A stretch of DNA of 64,000 nucleotides from an uncultured delta proteobacterium. GTDB lineage: Bacteria; Myxococcota_A; Polyangia; Fen-1088. The stretch covers positions 96,001 through 160,000 of the forward strand of contig CAWCMR010000005.1 of NCBI GenBank assembly GCA_963796685.1, written 5' to 3'. Made by a program: the position numbers and the translations under genes. This document shows, piece after piece, positions 52,322-64,000 of this stretch (its first letter is position 1; each line of letters begins with the position of its first letter). The notes beneath the pieces are model-generated. The model worked only from the letters and a program-made list of their open reading frames with translations, did not search any database and was not told where the DNA came from.

Positions 52322-53989
52322 ATGACGAACGCCATGAAACGAAGGACGAGTTGGGTGAGATCATGGAGTTTCGCGATGGTCGTGGCGGGCGTGCTCGGGG
52401 CGGGACAGGAAGCCTGGTCGCAGTCGTCCGCGGGCGCCCCGGGCGCGGACGCGGGCGCGGTTGTCTCCGAAGACCAACCTGTGAAGGACTCGCCACGGAC
52501 TGCGCTCTCTCGATTTCTCGATCTATGCCGGGCCGGGGACTACTCCGGGGCCGCACGCTACCTCGACTTGCCCCCGACGGAAGCGGATCGGGGCGCGGAG
52601 CTGGCCCGTAAGTTGAAGAGCGTGCTCGACCACTACGCGTGGTTCGAGCTGGATGCCATTTCGCCCTTGCCGGGTGGCAACGTCGAGGACGGGCTGCCCG
52701 CCGCGGTCGAGGAGATTGCCAAGATTCCCGGACCTGGGACGCAGCAGGTTCCGGTTCGGCTCGTTCGTCATGAGGATGGCAGATGGGAGTTCTCCCGCGA
52801 GACGGTGAAGAGAATCGACGGCTGGTACGCGCGCCTCGACGGAGTGTGGCTGGAGGAATACCTACCCGCACGGTTGCTCCAGCCCGGACCACGCAATTTG
52901 CTCTATTGGCAGTGGCTTGCGTTACCGCTCCTGCTCTTTTGTGCCTGGCTGCTGGGAATCCTTCTCAGCCGGGTGACCCGGCGAGTGCTGGAAAGGATGG
53001 CCGCGCGCACGTCCGCGCGCTGGGACGACGAGCTGCTGGCCCGCATCGGGGGACCGCTGACTCTTGCTTGGACCCTGGCCCTGACCTACCTCTTCCTGCC
53101 TTGGCTGGGGCTTTTCAAGACGGCCGAAGACTTCGTGCACAAGAGCCTGCGCGGCGCCGGCCTCGTGATCTTCTTCTGGGCTCTGGCGCGTTCGGTGGAT
53201 GTCGCCAAGCAAGTCCTCCTCGAGGCATCCTGGACCAAGGACCATCCCTCCGCTCGCTCCTTGCTGCCTTTGGGCACCCGCGTGGGCAAGGTGATCGTCT
53301 TCGTGCTTGCCCTGGTGATGCTGCTGTCCGAGCTCGGCTATTCCGTCACCAGCCTGGTCGCCGGTCTGGGCATCGGCGGACTGGCGCTCGCTCTGGCGGC
53401 GCAAAAGACGGTGGAGAATCTATTCGGCGCGTTTTCCCTCGGCGCGGACCAGCCCTTTCGTGAAGGCGACTTCGTTCACATCGAAGACTTCGTGGGCACG
53501 GTCGAATCGATTGGTCTGCGTTCGACTCGCATCCGCACACTCGACCGCACGATCATCAGCGTTCCCAACGGCAAGCTCGCCGACATGCGCGTCGAATCCT
53601 TCACTGCGCGGGATCGGCTGCGCCTCGCCTGCACCGTCGGCCTGGTGTACGAGACCACCGTCGCCCAGATGCGAGAGGTCCTGGCTGGCCTCGAACGCGT
53701 GCTGCGCGCGCAGCCCAAGCTCTGGCCGGACGCGGTGGTCGTGCGGTTCGCGTCCTTCGGCGATTCCTCGCTCAACGTCGACATCATGGCCTGGTTCCAG
53801 ACCGCGGACTGGAACGAATTCCAAGGTATCCGCCAGGAGGTGCTCTTGCAATTCATGGAGGTGGTGGAGAAGGCAGGCAGCTCGTTCGCCTTCCCCACGC
53901 GTACGCTTCATGTCGTGGACGAAGGTCGGCCCGCGAAAGCCGCTGGCGCCCAGGCCAACTCCGTACAAGACTCTAGTCATGGCCGGTGA
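52322..53989 (+). CDS. MscS-family mechanosensitive channel with N-terminal periplasmic domain (YnaI-like)
   Basis: Signal peptide, DSPRTAL, AGLGIGGLALALAAQKTVENLFG, GTVESIGLRSTRIRTLDRT, FAFPT. Confidence 0.9.
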   Translation: MTNAMKRRTSWVRSWSFAMVVAGVLGAGQEAWSQSSAGAPGADAGAVVSEDQPVKDSPRTALSRFLDLCRAGDYSGAARYLDLPPTEADRGAELARKLKSVLDHYAWFELDAISPLPGGNVEDGLPAAVEEIAKIPGPGTQQVPVRLVRHEDGRWEFSRETVKRIDGWYARLDGVWLEEYLPARLLQPGPRNLLYWQWLALPLLLFCAWLLGILLSRVTRRVLERMAARTSARWDDELLARIGGPLTLAWTLALTYLFLPWLGLFKTAEDFVHKSLRGAGLVIFFWALARSVDVAKQVLLEASWTKDHPSARSLLPLGTRVGKVIVFVLALVMLLSELGYSVTSLVAGLGIGGLALALAAQKTVENLFGAFSLGADQPFREGDFVHIEDFVGTVESIGLRSTRIRTLDRTIISVPNGKLADMRVESFTARDRLRLACTVGLVYETTVAQMREVLAGLERVLRAQPKLWPDAVVVRFASFGDSSLNVDIMAWFQTADWNEFQGIRQEVLLQFMEVVEKAGSSFAFPTRTLHVVDEGRPAKAAGAQANSVQDSSHGR

Positions 53990-55334
53990 GCCCACCATCG
54001 AGAAGAAGACGTACACCGCGGAGCAGGCCAAACGCGTGCTGCTGGACGCCCTGCGCGGAAAGGGCGGCCAGCTCACCAAGGCGGACGCGGTCGCGTTGTC
54101 GGGCCTGCCGGTGCCCGATGCCGAGCAGGCGCTGACCAACCTGCTCAAGGAATACCGCAGCCACCTGGCAGCGACCGAGAGCGGCGAGCTGGTGTACGAA
54201 TTCGATCCGGCCTTCGAACGTCGCGACGCGGTTCCTCTTTCGGAAAAACTGGCCAAGGTGGGCCAGGCCCTGTGGAAGGGCTTCACCTTCTTGTTCAAGA
54301 TTTCGATCGTGGTCACGCTGGTGGCCTATTTCCTCCTGTTCCTGGCCATGATGCTGGCCCTGGTGTTCGCCCGGCGTTCGGACGATCGCGACGACGACGG
54401 CGGCTTCGACCTCGGCTGGCCGCTGTTCTGGATGTGGGGGTGGGGGCCGACGAGCCCGGGCGGGTATGGCCGCCGGTCGCGGCCAGCGCGCAAGGGCAAG
54501 CCACTTTACAAGAAGGTGTTCGAGTTCGTCTTCGGGCCGCCGCGCCCAAGTGAGGATCCGCTCGGCGACGAAAAGGAGATCCTGGCGCATGTTCGCAAGA
54601 ACAACGGCCGCATCGCGGCCGTGGACCTGGTCGCCCTGATGGGCTGGGATTTCCCGCGTGCTGAGGAGGAAGCAACCCGACTGCTCATCGACTACGGGGG
54701 CGAGCCCGAGGTCACCGACGACGGCGTGGTGCTGTACGTATTCAAGGACATCCGAAAGACCGCGCATGAGCTCGGGGCCTCCACGGTCGAGCCGCGCCGG
54801 GCCTGGGAGCGGATGGAAGAGCGGCCACCCCTGTCAGGCAACAGCAGCGGGACCAACCTCGTCATTGGGTTCCTCAACGGCTTCAACCTGCTTGCGCCGT
54901 TCTGGATCGTGCCCGCCTTCGAGGAGCGCCTGGGCAGACCGCTCGGTCACGCCTTCCTGCTCTACACCTACCCGGTGATTTTCTCGGGCATGGTCTTCGC
55001 CGTGCCGCTCGGCCGCTGGCTGGTGGAGAAGGCGCGCGACCGCGGTCGGCGCCAACGCAACGCCCGACGCGCGCTCTTGCGCATCGCCATCGAGCACCGA
55101 GGCGCGCCTTTGCCGCCTGCTCAGCTCGCCCCCGATCCGGTCTCCACCAAGGTGCTGGACCGCTCGCTGGTCGCCCTGGGGGGCGATGTGGTGACCGACG
55201 AAAGCGGCCAGATGCGCTACAGCTTTCCAAGAATCAAAGAAGAGCTGGACGCCGTGGCGTACGCGCGCTCTCATGCTTCCGCCGCCGAGAAGGAAGCGGG
55301 CGCAATCGTGTTTTCTTCCAAGGATCCACTCTGA
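53979..55334 (+). CDS. Conserved membrane protein of unknown function (resembles cyanobacterial/plastid At5g03900-like proteins)
   Basis: LTKADAVALSGL...LAATESGELVYEF, VFEFVFG, YGGEPEVTDDGVVLYVF, GGDVVTDESGQMRYSFP; several TM segments. Confidence 0.7.
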   Translation: MAGEPTIEKKTYTAEQAKRVLLDALRGKGGQLTKADAVALSGLPVPDAEQALTNLLKEYRSHLAATESGELVYEFDPAFERRDAVPLSEKLAKVGQALWKGFTFLFKISIVVTLVAYFLLFLAMMLALVFARRSDDRDDDGGFDLGWPLFWMWGWGPTSPGGYGRRSRPARKGKPLYKKVFEFVFGPPRPSEDPLGDEKEILAHVRKNNGRIAAVDLVALMGWDFPRAEEEATRLLIDYGGEPEVTDDGVVLYVFKDIRKTAHELGASTVEPRRAWERMEERPPLSGNSSGTNLVIGFLNGFNLLAPFWIVPAFEERLGRPLGHAFLLYTYPVIFSGMVFAVPLGRWLVEKARDRGRRQRNARRALLRIAIEHRGAPLPPAQLAPDPVSTKVLDRSLVALGGDVVTDESGQMRYSFPRIKEELDAVAYARSHASAAEKEAGAIVFSSKDPL

Positions 55335-55447
55335 CCGCACCCTTTCCCATGAGGACGCGCACGAACCTGCAGAATCGGCAGCTTGCGTCCGGTCGACCGG
55401 GGTGCTCGACTCTTGCGCGATTTGGCCAGGAACAGGAGAACTTCATC

Positions 55448-56459
55448 ATGTCCTTCATCGACTCTTCCTTTCACTCTTCCTTCCAATCTTCCTTCCAATC
55501 TTCCTTCCACTCTTCCTTCCACTCTTGCCTCCCATCTTCCTTGCGAGCTCTCTTCCGCCGCGCCGGTCGCGCCTGCCTTCCGCTCCTGCTTTTGGCCGGA
55601 GCCGCCACCACGAGCGCTTGCGTGACCACCGGGACCTTCGACAAGAAGGTGGCCGAGCTGGACAAGTTGCGCACTGACCACGACCGCGCGGCGGCCGAGC
55701 GAGAGAAGGCTCTGCAGGCCCAGATCGACCACCTGCAGACCCAGGTCGGCGATGCGGACAAGCGCATCGCCGCGCTCACGGCCGAGCGGGACGATCTGCG
55801 CAAGAAGCTCGACGACACCACCGCGCTGGCGGGCGAGCTGCGCGCGCGCCTGGAAAAGCTGGGACAGAACGTCGACAAGCTGACCAGCGAGAAGGGGCAA
55901 TTGGCGCAAGTCTTGGCGGACGCCAAGGCGCGCCTGGAGGAGCTACGCAAGCAGAAAGCCGCCGCGGAGGCGCGTGCCGCCACCTTCCGCAACCTGGTCG
56001 CCAAGCTGAAATCCATGATCGACGCCGGCAAGCTCAAGGTCGTGATTCGCGACGGCCGGATGCTCATCGCCCTGCCCAACGACGTTCTCTTCGATTCGGG
56101 CAAGACCAACATCAAGCCCGACGGCCAGGCCGCGCTCGCGCAGGTGGCCAAGGTTCTCGCATCGATCCCGGATCGCAAGTACATCGTCGCGGGCGACACG
56201 GACGACGTGCCCATCCACACCGCGCGCTTTCCTTCGAACTGGGAGCTTCTCCACGGCGCGTGCGGTGGAGGTCACGAAGTTCCTGATTGCCAATGGCATG
56301 CAGCCCCAGGTGCTCGCGGCCGCGGGCTACGGCGAGTTCGATCCCGTGGTGCCCAACGACACGCCGGAGCACCGGGCGCAAAATCGGCGCATCGAGATCG
56401 TGCTGCAGCCCAATCTCGCCGATCTGCCTTCCCTCGACGGGATTCAGTCGAGCCCCTGA
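55448..56459 (+). CDS. OmpA/MotB-family peptidoglycan-binding coiled-coil lipoprotein (+1 frameshift near 56249; start uncertain, 55448 or 55541)
   Basis: TTSAC lipobox, coiled coil, DVLFDSG, VAGDTDDVP. Correcting one T gives NWELSTARAVEV...AAGYGEFDP...NRRIEI. Confidence 0.82.
55463..55546. repeat. Seven imperfect 12-bp pyrimidine-rich tandem repeats (TCTTCCTTCCAM)
   Basis: Read directly; translates as SSFH/SSFQ. Confidence 0.88.
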
Positions 56460-56497
56460 GACCGAGGCTTGGACGGCACCGCGTTGCTCTCGGTCGC

Positions 56498-58426
56498 CTA
56501 CGGTTGGCCTCCACTCTGCCGCTCCAGCGCCGCAACCAGGGCGGCGTGGGGCTCTGGCAGAGGCGAAAAGCGCGCGCGCATGGCCAGGGCCAGCGCGCCG
56601 GGCAGGTCGATGGCTTCACCGGCCGCGCATCGCATGCGGTAGAGCTGGGCGTAGTCGGGCGGAACACGCAGGGTCCAGTTCTCGGGATGAACCTCACCAG
56701 GCCGGTTGTAGATCTCCTTGCCGCCCAGCAGGTCGGAGAAGAAGATCGCGACGTTCCGGGCAGGCCCGATGAAGAGATCGGCGCACAAGGCGCGCTTGAA
56801 CCGGACCGGATCCAGGGCCAGTCGTTCGGCGAGCGCAGGTCGCTTCTCCGGAATCGGCTGTAGCCGCTCGGCGAGGTAGCGGGCCCACGCGGATCGGCGT
56901 TCGGAGCTTCGCCACTGCTCGAACACTCGCCAGATCGGGGGCGTGTCGTGGGTGCCGAGCATGACCCAGTCGGCGGGAGCTGAGCTTGCCGTTCGGTAGG
57001 GATCGCGGACATTCTCGGGATCGGCTTTCTGGACCACGCGAAAACGGCCGAGGCCGTGGCGGGCCAGCACCGCCGCCAACGGCGACGGGCAGGTGCTGAG
57101 CACCTCGCACGCGAGGTCGCCGACCTGGCCGCCACGGGCGCGTGCGGTCTCCACGATCAGGTCGAAGATCGTACCGTGCCGTTCGACTTGCAGGTCGCTC
57201 AGCCGCCGAACCCAATCGTCCTCGTAGCGCGGGTGCCGTGGATCGGGCGCGAGATCGGCGCGCCCGACCAGGGAAAATCGCGCCAGCGCGGGATGGTCGG
57301 GCAGATCGGGCGAGGCGAACAGCCGTGCCCCGTTCTGCACGGCGTGCAAGGGAGAGGGATCGTCCGAGCGATAGACCCAGGGACAGACCAGGCCGTGGGG
57401 ATGATCGATGCGCAGGCCATCGAACTCGCCGAGCATCTTGCCCAGCCGCGCGCGCACGAAACGCGAACCCGGCCCCTCGCCCGCTTCTTTCGAACCGTAG
57501 CTGTCCGGATCGAGCACCGGATAGCCCCAGGGCTGCCCGGCGGGGTTGGTACGACTGGGTGGTGCGCCCATCCGATAGTCGGTGAGGAAGAGAGTCTGGT
57601 ATCGCCACCGATCGCGATGCGAGACCCCGGTCTGCAGATCCCCGTAGAGCTTGAGTCCGAGACCGGCGAGCTCTTCGCGCAAAGCCGCGTGCTGGACGTA
57701 CACCAGGAATTGGCAGAAGCGCGCGAAGTCCACCTCCTTGGCGTGGACACGCGCGATCTCGGCCCGACGTCGCGCACAGGCGGCCTCTTCTCCCGCCCGT
57801 GGTGCCCACAGACGCGCGTCCGGTACCTCCCCGGTTTCGCCCGGCCACTGCTGCCAGTCGAGCGTGCGGTGGTGCGTGGCCAGGGCTTCGAAAAGCCCGT
57901 CGCTTTCCAGCCATTCATCCTGCTCGCGTGCGAACGTCGCGAAGGCTTGCGCCAGGGTAGTCCAACGCCCGCCTCCGCCCGTGTACGCGGTATGAACAGC
58001 GCGCAGGATCTCGAATTGAGCTCGGCGCACATGGGCATAGTCGACGCGGCGGTCGGCGTTGGCGGGCCGACAGCGCACGGCAGCCGAAAGCGATTCCTTG
58101 GACAGGAGTCCTTGCCACCGATCCTCCTCGACAAGGGGACCGAGAGCGATGGACAGCGGCGATTTCGCGAACAGGGTGCCGTCGTAGGGCGAGACATTGA
58201 CCGGCGACGTGCGCCCCTGGGGACCGAGCTGCACGCCGGTGAACCCGAGGTCGGCGGCGAAGCGCAGGAAGGCTCGTCCACCAAAGGAATACGGCGAGCC
58301 GCGACCGATGTCCTCGCCGACGAGGCCGGGAAAGCTCGCATCGTGCACGCCGAGCACCAGGCGCTCGATGTGAAGGAGGTGCAAGGCTTCCGCGATCCTG
58401 GCCCGCTTTTCTTGGGTGGTGGTCAC
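56498..58426 (-). CDS. malQ: 4-alpha-glucanotransferase (GH77)
   Basis: SPYDG, LYGDLQ, GAPPS, GQPWGYP, DGLRIDHPHG, GTHDTPP, NRPG, NWTLR. Confidence 0.9.
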   Translation of the reverse strand: MTTTQEKRARIAEALHLLHIERLVLGVHDASFPGLVGEDIGRGSPYSFGGRAFLRFAADLGFTGVQLGPQGRTSPVNVSPYDGTLFAKSPLSIALGPLVEEDRWQGLLSKESLSAAVRCRPANADRRVDYAHVRRAQFEILRAVHTAYTGGGGRWTTLAQAFATFAREQDEWLESDGLFEALATHHRTLDWQQWPGETGEVPDARLWAPRAGEEAACARRRAEIARVHAKEVDFARFCQFLVYVQHAALREELAGLGLKLYGDLQTGVSHRDRWRYQTLFLTDYRMGAPPSRTNPAGQPWGYPVLDPDSYGSKEAGEGPGSRFVRARLGKMLGEFDGLRIDHPHGLVCPWVYRSDDPSPLHAVQNGARLFASPDLPDHPALARFSLVGRADLAPDPRHPRYEDDWVRRLSDLQVERHGTIFDLIVETARARGGQVGDLACEVLSTCPSPLAAVLARHGLGRFRVVQKADPENVRDPYRTASSAPADWVMLGTHDTPPIWRVFEQWRSSERRSAWARYLAERLQPIPEKRPALAERLALDPVRFKRALCADLFIGPARNVAIFFSDLLGGKEIYNRPGEVHPENWTLRVPPDYAQLYRMRCAAGEAIDLPGALALAMRARFSPLPEPHAALVAALERQSGGQP

Positions 58427-60381
58427 TTGGGTTTGGCTACCCGACTGGATTCCGACACCGACGTCTCGACCGACTGACCTTTGAGGAACAGGGCTCCAAG
58501 CGGAGGCAAGGTCAGGTTGATGGAGAACGGTCGTCCGTGGGCCGGGATGGGCATGGCGACCACGCCTCCCAGGTTGCCGTGGTCACTGCCGCCGAAGCTG
58601 GCCGCGTCGGTGTTGAGGACTTCGTCGTAGCGCACTTCCTGGTCCACCCCGATCCGGTAGTTGAAGCGCGGAACGGGCGTGAAGTTCAGCACCACCACGA
58701 CTTCCTGGTGTCGGGACCGGCCGCGACGGACGAAGGAGAATACCGACTTGTCGGCATCGTCGGCATCGATCCACTGGAACCCCGCGGGATCGGCGTCGAG
58801 CTCGTGCAGGCAGGGCTCGGCGCGATAGAGCCGGTTCAGCTCGCCGACCAAGAGCTGGAGCTGGCCGTGCAGGGGCGATTCCCGAAAGAGGTGCCAGTCG
58901 AGGCTCTGCTCATGGTTCCACTCGCGGAACTGACCGAATTCGCCCCCCATGAACAGCAGTTTCTTGCCCGGTTGGGACCACATGGAGGCGAAGAGCAGAC
59001 GCAGATTGGCAAAGCGCTGCCACAGATCACCCGGCATCTTGCCGATGAGCGATCCTTTGCCATGAACCACCTCGTCGTGGGAGAGCGGCAGCACGAAGTT
59101 TTCGCTGAAGGCGTAGATGCCCCGGAAGGTGATGCGCGTGTGGTAATGGCGACGGTAAAGCGGGTCCATCGCGACATAGGCCAGGGTGTCGTGCATCCAG
59201 CCCATGTCCCACTTGTAGCCGAAACCCAGCCCTCCGACGGAGGTCGGACGCGACACCAAGGGCCACGCGGTGGACTCCTCGGCGATGGTCTGCGCGTCGG
59301 GGAACTCACGGTAGACGGCCTCGTTGAAGGCGTGCAGAAAGTGGACCGCCTCCAGATTCTCGCGACCGCCGTACTTGTTGGCGACCCATTCGCCTGGCCG
59401 ACGGGCGTAGTCGCGATAGAGCATGGACGCGACGGCATCCACGCGTAGGCCATCGGCATGGTACACATCCAGCCAGAAGCGCGCGTTCGAAATGAGAAAG
59501 CTGCGGACTTCGTTGCGGCCGTAGTTGAAGACCGAGCTGCCCCACTCGGGGTGTTGTCCCTGACGGGGATCGGCGTGCTCGAAGAGGTGGGTGCCGTCGA
59601 AGAAGACCAGTCCATGCTCGTCGCTGGGGAAGTGCGCGGGGGTCCAGTCGAGCAAGACGCCGATACCCGCCTGGTGAAGGGTGTCCACGAGAAACATGAA
59701 GTCCTGCGGCGTTCCGTACCGACGGGTGGGAGCGAAGTACCCCGTGGTCTGATAGCCCCAGGATCCATAGAAGGGGTGCTCCATCACGGGCAGGATTTCC
59801 ACATGCGTAAAGCCGGTGCGCTGGAGATGGTCCACCAGCCGGGACGCCAGCTCGCGGTAGGTGAGTATGCGGTTGCCTTGCTCGGGTACGCGCATCCACG
59901 AACCCAGGTGCACTTCGTAGATCGAGATCGGCGCGCCGAGTCCCGAACGTTCGGCGCGCCCCTCCATCCACGCCCGATCGCCCCACTCGTAATCGAGCTG
60001 GCACACCACCGAGGCCGTCGCGGGAGGCACCTCGCTGGAAAAGGCGAACGGATCGGCCTTGTCGACGCGGTAGTTATCGTACCGGGAATGCACCCGGTAC
60101 TTGTAGCGATCGCCCGGCTTCACGCCCGCGGCGAAGCCGGTCCAGATGCCGGAGGCTTTGTGCTTCTCCAGCCAATGCGCGGGCTCGCCCCAGCCGTTCC
60201 AGTCCCCCAGGACGCCGATCTTCTCCGCGTTGGGCGCCCACACGGCAAAGTGCGTTCCCGCGCTGCCACCCACTTGCCCCGGATGCGCCCCCATCTTGTC
60301 GTCGAGGCGCGCATGCTGCCCCTCGCAGAACAAGTGAAAGTCGATATCGCCGAATCGTTGGTCGGTCACGTGGCCTTTCAC
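58423..60381 (-). CDS. glgB: 1,4-alpha-glucan branching enzyme
   Basis: FAVWAPNA, IYEVHLGSW, SWGYQ, DGLRVDAVASMLY, AEESTAWP, LSHDEVVHGK. Confidence 0.96.
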   Translation of the reverse strand: MKGHVTDQRFGDIDFHLFCEGQHARLDDKMGAHPGQVGGSAGTHFAVWAPNAEKIGVLGDWNGWGEPAHWLEKHKASGIWTGFAAGVKPGDRYKYRVHSRYDNYRVDKADPFAFSSEVPPATASVVCQLDYEWGDRAWMEGRAERSGLGAPISIYEVHLGSWMRVPEQGNRILTYRELASRLVDHLQRTGFTHVEILPVMEHPFYGSWGYQTTGYFAPTRRYGTPQDFMFLVDTLHQAGIGVLLDWTPAHFPSDEHGLVFFDGTHLFEHADPRQGQHPEWGSSVFNYGRNEVRSFLISNARFWLDVYHADGLRVDAVASMLYRDYARRPGEWVANKYGGRENLEAVHFLHAFNEAVYREFPDAQTIAEESTAWPLVSRPTSVGGLGFGYKWDMGWMHDTLAYVAMDPLYRRHYHTRITFRGIYAFSENFVLPLSHDEVVHGKGSLIGKMPGDLWQRFANLRLLFASMWSQPGKKLLFMGGEFGQFREWNHEQSLDWHLFRESPLHGQLQLLVGELNRLYRAEPCLHELDADPAGFQWIDADDADKSVFSFVRRGRSRHQEVVVVLNFTPVPRFNYRIGVDQEVRYDEVLNTDAASFGGSDHGNLGGVVAMPIPAHGRPFSINLTLPPLGALFLKGQSVETSVSESSRVAKPK

Positions 60382-62393
60382 AGATAGTATTCGAAAGATC
60401 GCTCCGAGCGCACGTGGCGTCTGATGGCGAAGATGTGGGCGGGCATCACGTTCGGATCGATCGAGACGAAATTGCGTGTCCCGTGCCAGACGTAGCGTGC
60501 ATCGCTCAGCAGATCATGGGCCTGAAAGGGCTCGTTCTGACCCAGACCCAGCACGGCAAGGTCGAGGTCGAGCCAGGCGGTGTGGAGGTGGTGGGGATCC
60601 AGGTTGACCACCACCAGCACCACGCTCGCCCCGTCCCGGCTCTGTTTGCTGTAGCAAAGGATGGACTCGTTGTCGGCGGCGTGAAAATGCAGTGCTTCGT
60701 TCCCCTGCAAAGCGGGAACCTCGCGGCGAATCTGATTGAGCCGCCGGATCACGGGCCGCAGACTGTCTTTTCGATCCCGATCCCACTTGCGAATCTGGTA
60801 CTTCTCGCTGTCGAGGTATTCCTCGGCGTCGGGGCGGGCCGTCCGTTCCATCAGCTCGAAGGGCGGCCCATAGATGCCGTAGCTGGACGAGAGCGTACCT
60901 GCCAGCACCAGCCGCGCGATGAAGGTCGCGCGCGTGCCGAACTGAAGGTGCTCGGGAAGGATGTCGGGGGTGCTTGGCCAAAGATTGGGACGGAAATACT
61001 CGACCTCCTCACCCACGGCCCCGGAGACCAACGACTGGAAGTATTGGGCGATTTCACCCTTGGTCGTACGCCACGTGAAATAGGTATACGACTGCGAGAA
61101 GCCCACCTTGGCCAGGGCGTTCATGACCGTGGGACGGGTGAAAGCCTCGGCCAAGAAGATCAGCTCCGGATACTCGCGCTTGAGGGCATCGAGACACCAC
61201 CGCCAGAAGGGAAGGGGCTTGGTGTGCGGATTGTCGACGCGAAAGACGCGGACCCCTTGCTCGACCCAGAAGACGAAGATACTGCGCAGCTCCTCCCACA
61301 ACGCGCGCCAGTCGGCACAGGTGAAATCGAAGGGATAGATGTCCTGGTACTTCTTGGGCGGATTCTCGGCGTATTGCATGGAGCCGTCGGCGCGGGCCGC
61401 GAACCACTCGGGGTGCTCGCGCAGATAGGGATGGTCGGGCGACACCTGCAAAGCGATGTCGAGCGCCACCTCGATGTTCGACTTCCGAGCTTGCGCCACC
61501 AGGCTGCGGAAATCCGCGAGCGTGCCCAGCTCGGGATGGATCGCCTTGTGACCACCGGCAGGGCCCCCGATGGCCCAAGGGCTGCCCGGATCGTTCGGCC
61601 CGGCGACCTCGGCGTTGTTGGGTCCTTTGCGAAACGACGCGCCGATGGGATGGATGGGCGGCAAATAGAGGACATCGAACCCCATCGCGGCCACATCGGG
61701 CAACAGCGCTTCGACGTCGCGCAGAGTTCCGTGGCGTCCTTCGGCTCCACACGAGCGCGGAAAGAGCTCGTACCAAGTCGAAAATCTGGCACGGGGCGGA
61801 TCGACGATGACCTCCAGCACTTGCGGGTAACGTGCTCCCGCCGAGCGGTCCGGATAGCGCCGCATGAGCGTGGCCAAGGTCGGGTCGAGGCCAATCGCGA
61901 TCCGCTCGTCGGCAGGTCGATCCCCGGCCAAGGCGAGTGCGACCTTGGCGAGAGCCTTGGCGTCGTCGCCCGTCGCGCGAGTCGCGGCTGCGGATACCAG
62001 GCGTGCGCCATCGAGGAGCTCGATCGAGACATCCTGAGCGGCTTCTTGTTTGCGCCGCAGACTCCAGAGCCAACTGGCAAAGGCGTCGACCCAACCTTCG
62101 ACGGTGTATTGCCATCGTCCCACGTTGTCGAGCAAGCATTCGCCGCGCCAGCGGTCGCCCTCCATGGAAACCAGCGGTGTCTCGCGCCATGTCGACTCGC
62201 CGGCCCGATGGAATAGCAACATTCCGTCGACGCGATCGTGCCCGTCCGCCAGCAGATTCACCGTCACTGTCAGCCGATCGCCGACGATCCGCTTGATGGG
62301 ACAGCGTCCCCCATCGATTTCCGGCCGCAGCTTGTCCACCACCGTGCGGTAAGGACGATCAGGCGCCTGCGACGGGTCGGCTGCCACGGTCAT
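60378..62393 (-). CDS. glgE: Alpha-1,4-glucan:maltose-1-phosphate maltosyltransferase
   Basis: WYELFPRS, YLPPIHPIG, YAENPPKKYQDIYP, FRVDNPHTKP, LAEAFT, SEKYQI. Confidence 0.96.
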   Translation of the reverse strand: MTVAADPSQAPDRPYRTVVDKLRPEIDGGRCPIKRIVGDRLTVTVNLLADGHDRVDGMLLFHRAGESTWRETPLVSMEGDRWRGECLLDNVGRWQYTVEGWVDAFASWLWSLRRKQEAAQDVSIELLDGARLVSAAATRATGDDAKALAKVALALAGDRPADERIAIGLDPTLATLMRRYPDRSAGARYPQVLEVIVDPPRARFSTWYELFPRSCGAEGRHGTLRDVEALLPDVAAMGFDVLYLPPIHPIGASFRKGPNNAEVAGPNDPGSPWAIGGPAGGHKAIHPELGTLADFRSLVAQARKSNIEVALDIALQVSPDHPYLREHPEWFAARADGSMQYAENPPKKYQDIYPFDFTCADWRALWEELRSIFVFWVEQGVRVFRVDNPHTKPLPFWRWCLDALKREYPELIFLAEAFTRPTVMNALAKVGFSQSYTYFTWRTTKGEIAQYFQSLVSGAVGEEVEYFRPNLWPSTPDILPEHLQFGTRATFIARLVLAGTLSSSYGIYGPPFELMERTARPDAEEYLDSEKYQIRKWDRDRKDSLRPVIRRLNQIRREVPALQGNEALHFHAADNESILCYSKQSRDGASVVLVVVNLDPHHLHTAWLDLDLAVLGLGQNEPFQAHDLLSDARYVWHGTRNFVSIDPNVMPAHIFAIRRHVRSERSFEYYL

Positions 62394-62508
62394 GCGCCAA
62401 ACCTAGCCCCGCCTGCCCGTGTTTTCAACCCGATGTCCGGCAAAATCCCCGGCACGCCCGGGCGTCTTGCTGGTCTTCGTCGGAAGAAGGGCTATCATTC
62501 CGTCATCC

Positions 62509-64000
<1,492 letters not shown>

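Overview
High-GC window from a myxobacterium (Myxococcota, Polyangia-like; inferred from pilMNOPQ-mglC-sgmX synteny, Cys-rich fibro-slime proteins and giant TPR proteins). In order: a GtrB-type glycosyltransferase with two DUF2079-like membrane proteins; a DHH phosphoesterase; secreted fibro-slime and CBM3 lipoproteins; xerD; site-2 protease-scpA-scpB-rluB; a sigma54 regulator; pilMNOPQ (PilQ has a ~450-aa coiled-coil insert); mglC-aroQ-accB-accC-sgmX; a ~2645-aa TPR gene; tRNA-Leu(GAG); an accessory region of lipoproteins and gene fragments; a second sigma54 regulator with MscS, a membrane protein and an OmpA/MotB-like protein; and malQ-glgB-glgE divergent from treS. The most unusual parts are two non-coding repeat islands (12.25-13.13 kb and 17.1-18.3 kb). 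They share one palindromic core with interchangeable hairpin cassettes. One holds a decayed GxxExxY nuclease gene bounded by terminal inverted repeats, the other a solitary nucleotidyltransferase. Seven frameshifts in otherwise intact genes are all +1 insertions and are probably sequencing errors. Several genes appear leaderless. All calls come from reading the sequence and recalled motifs; no searches were run.
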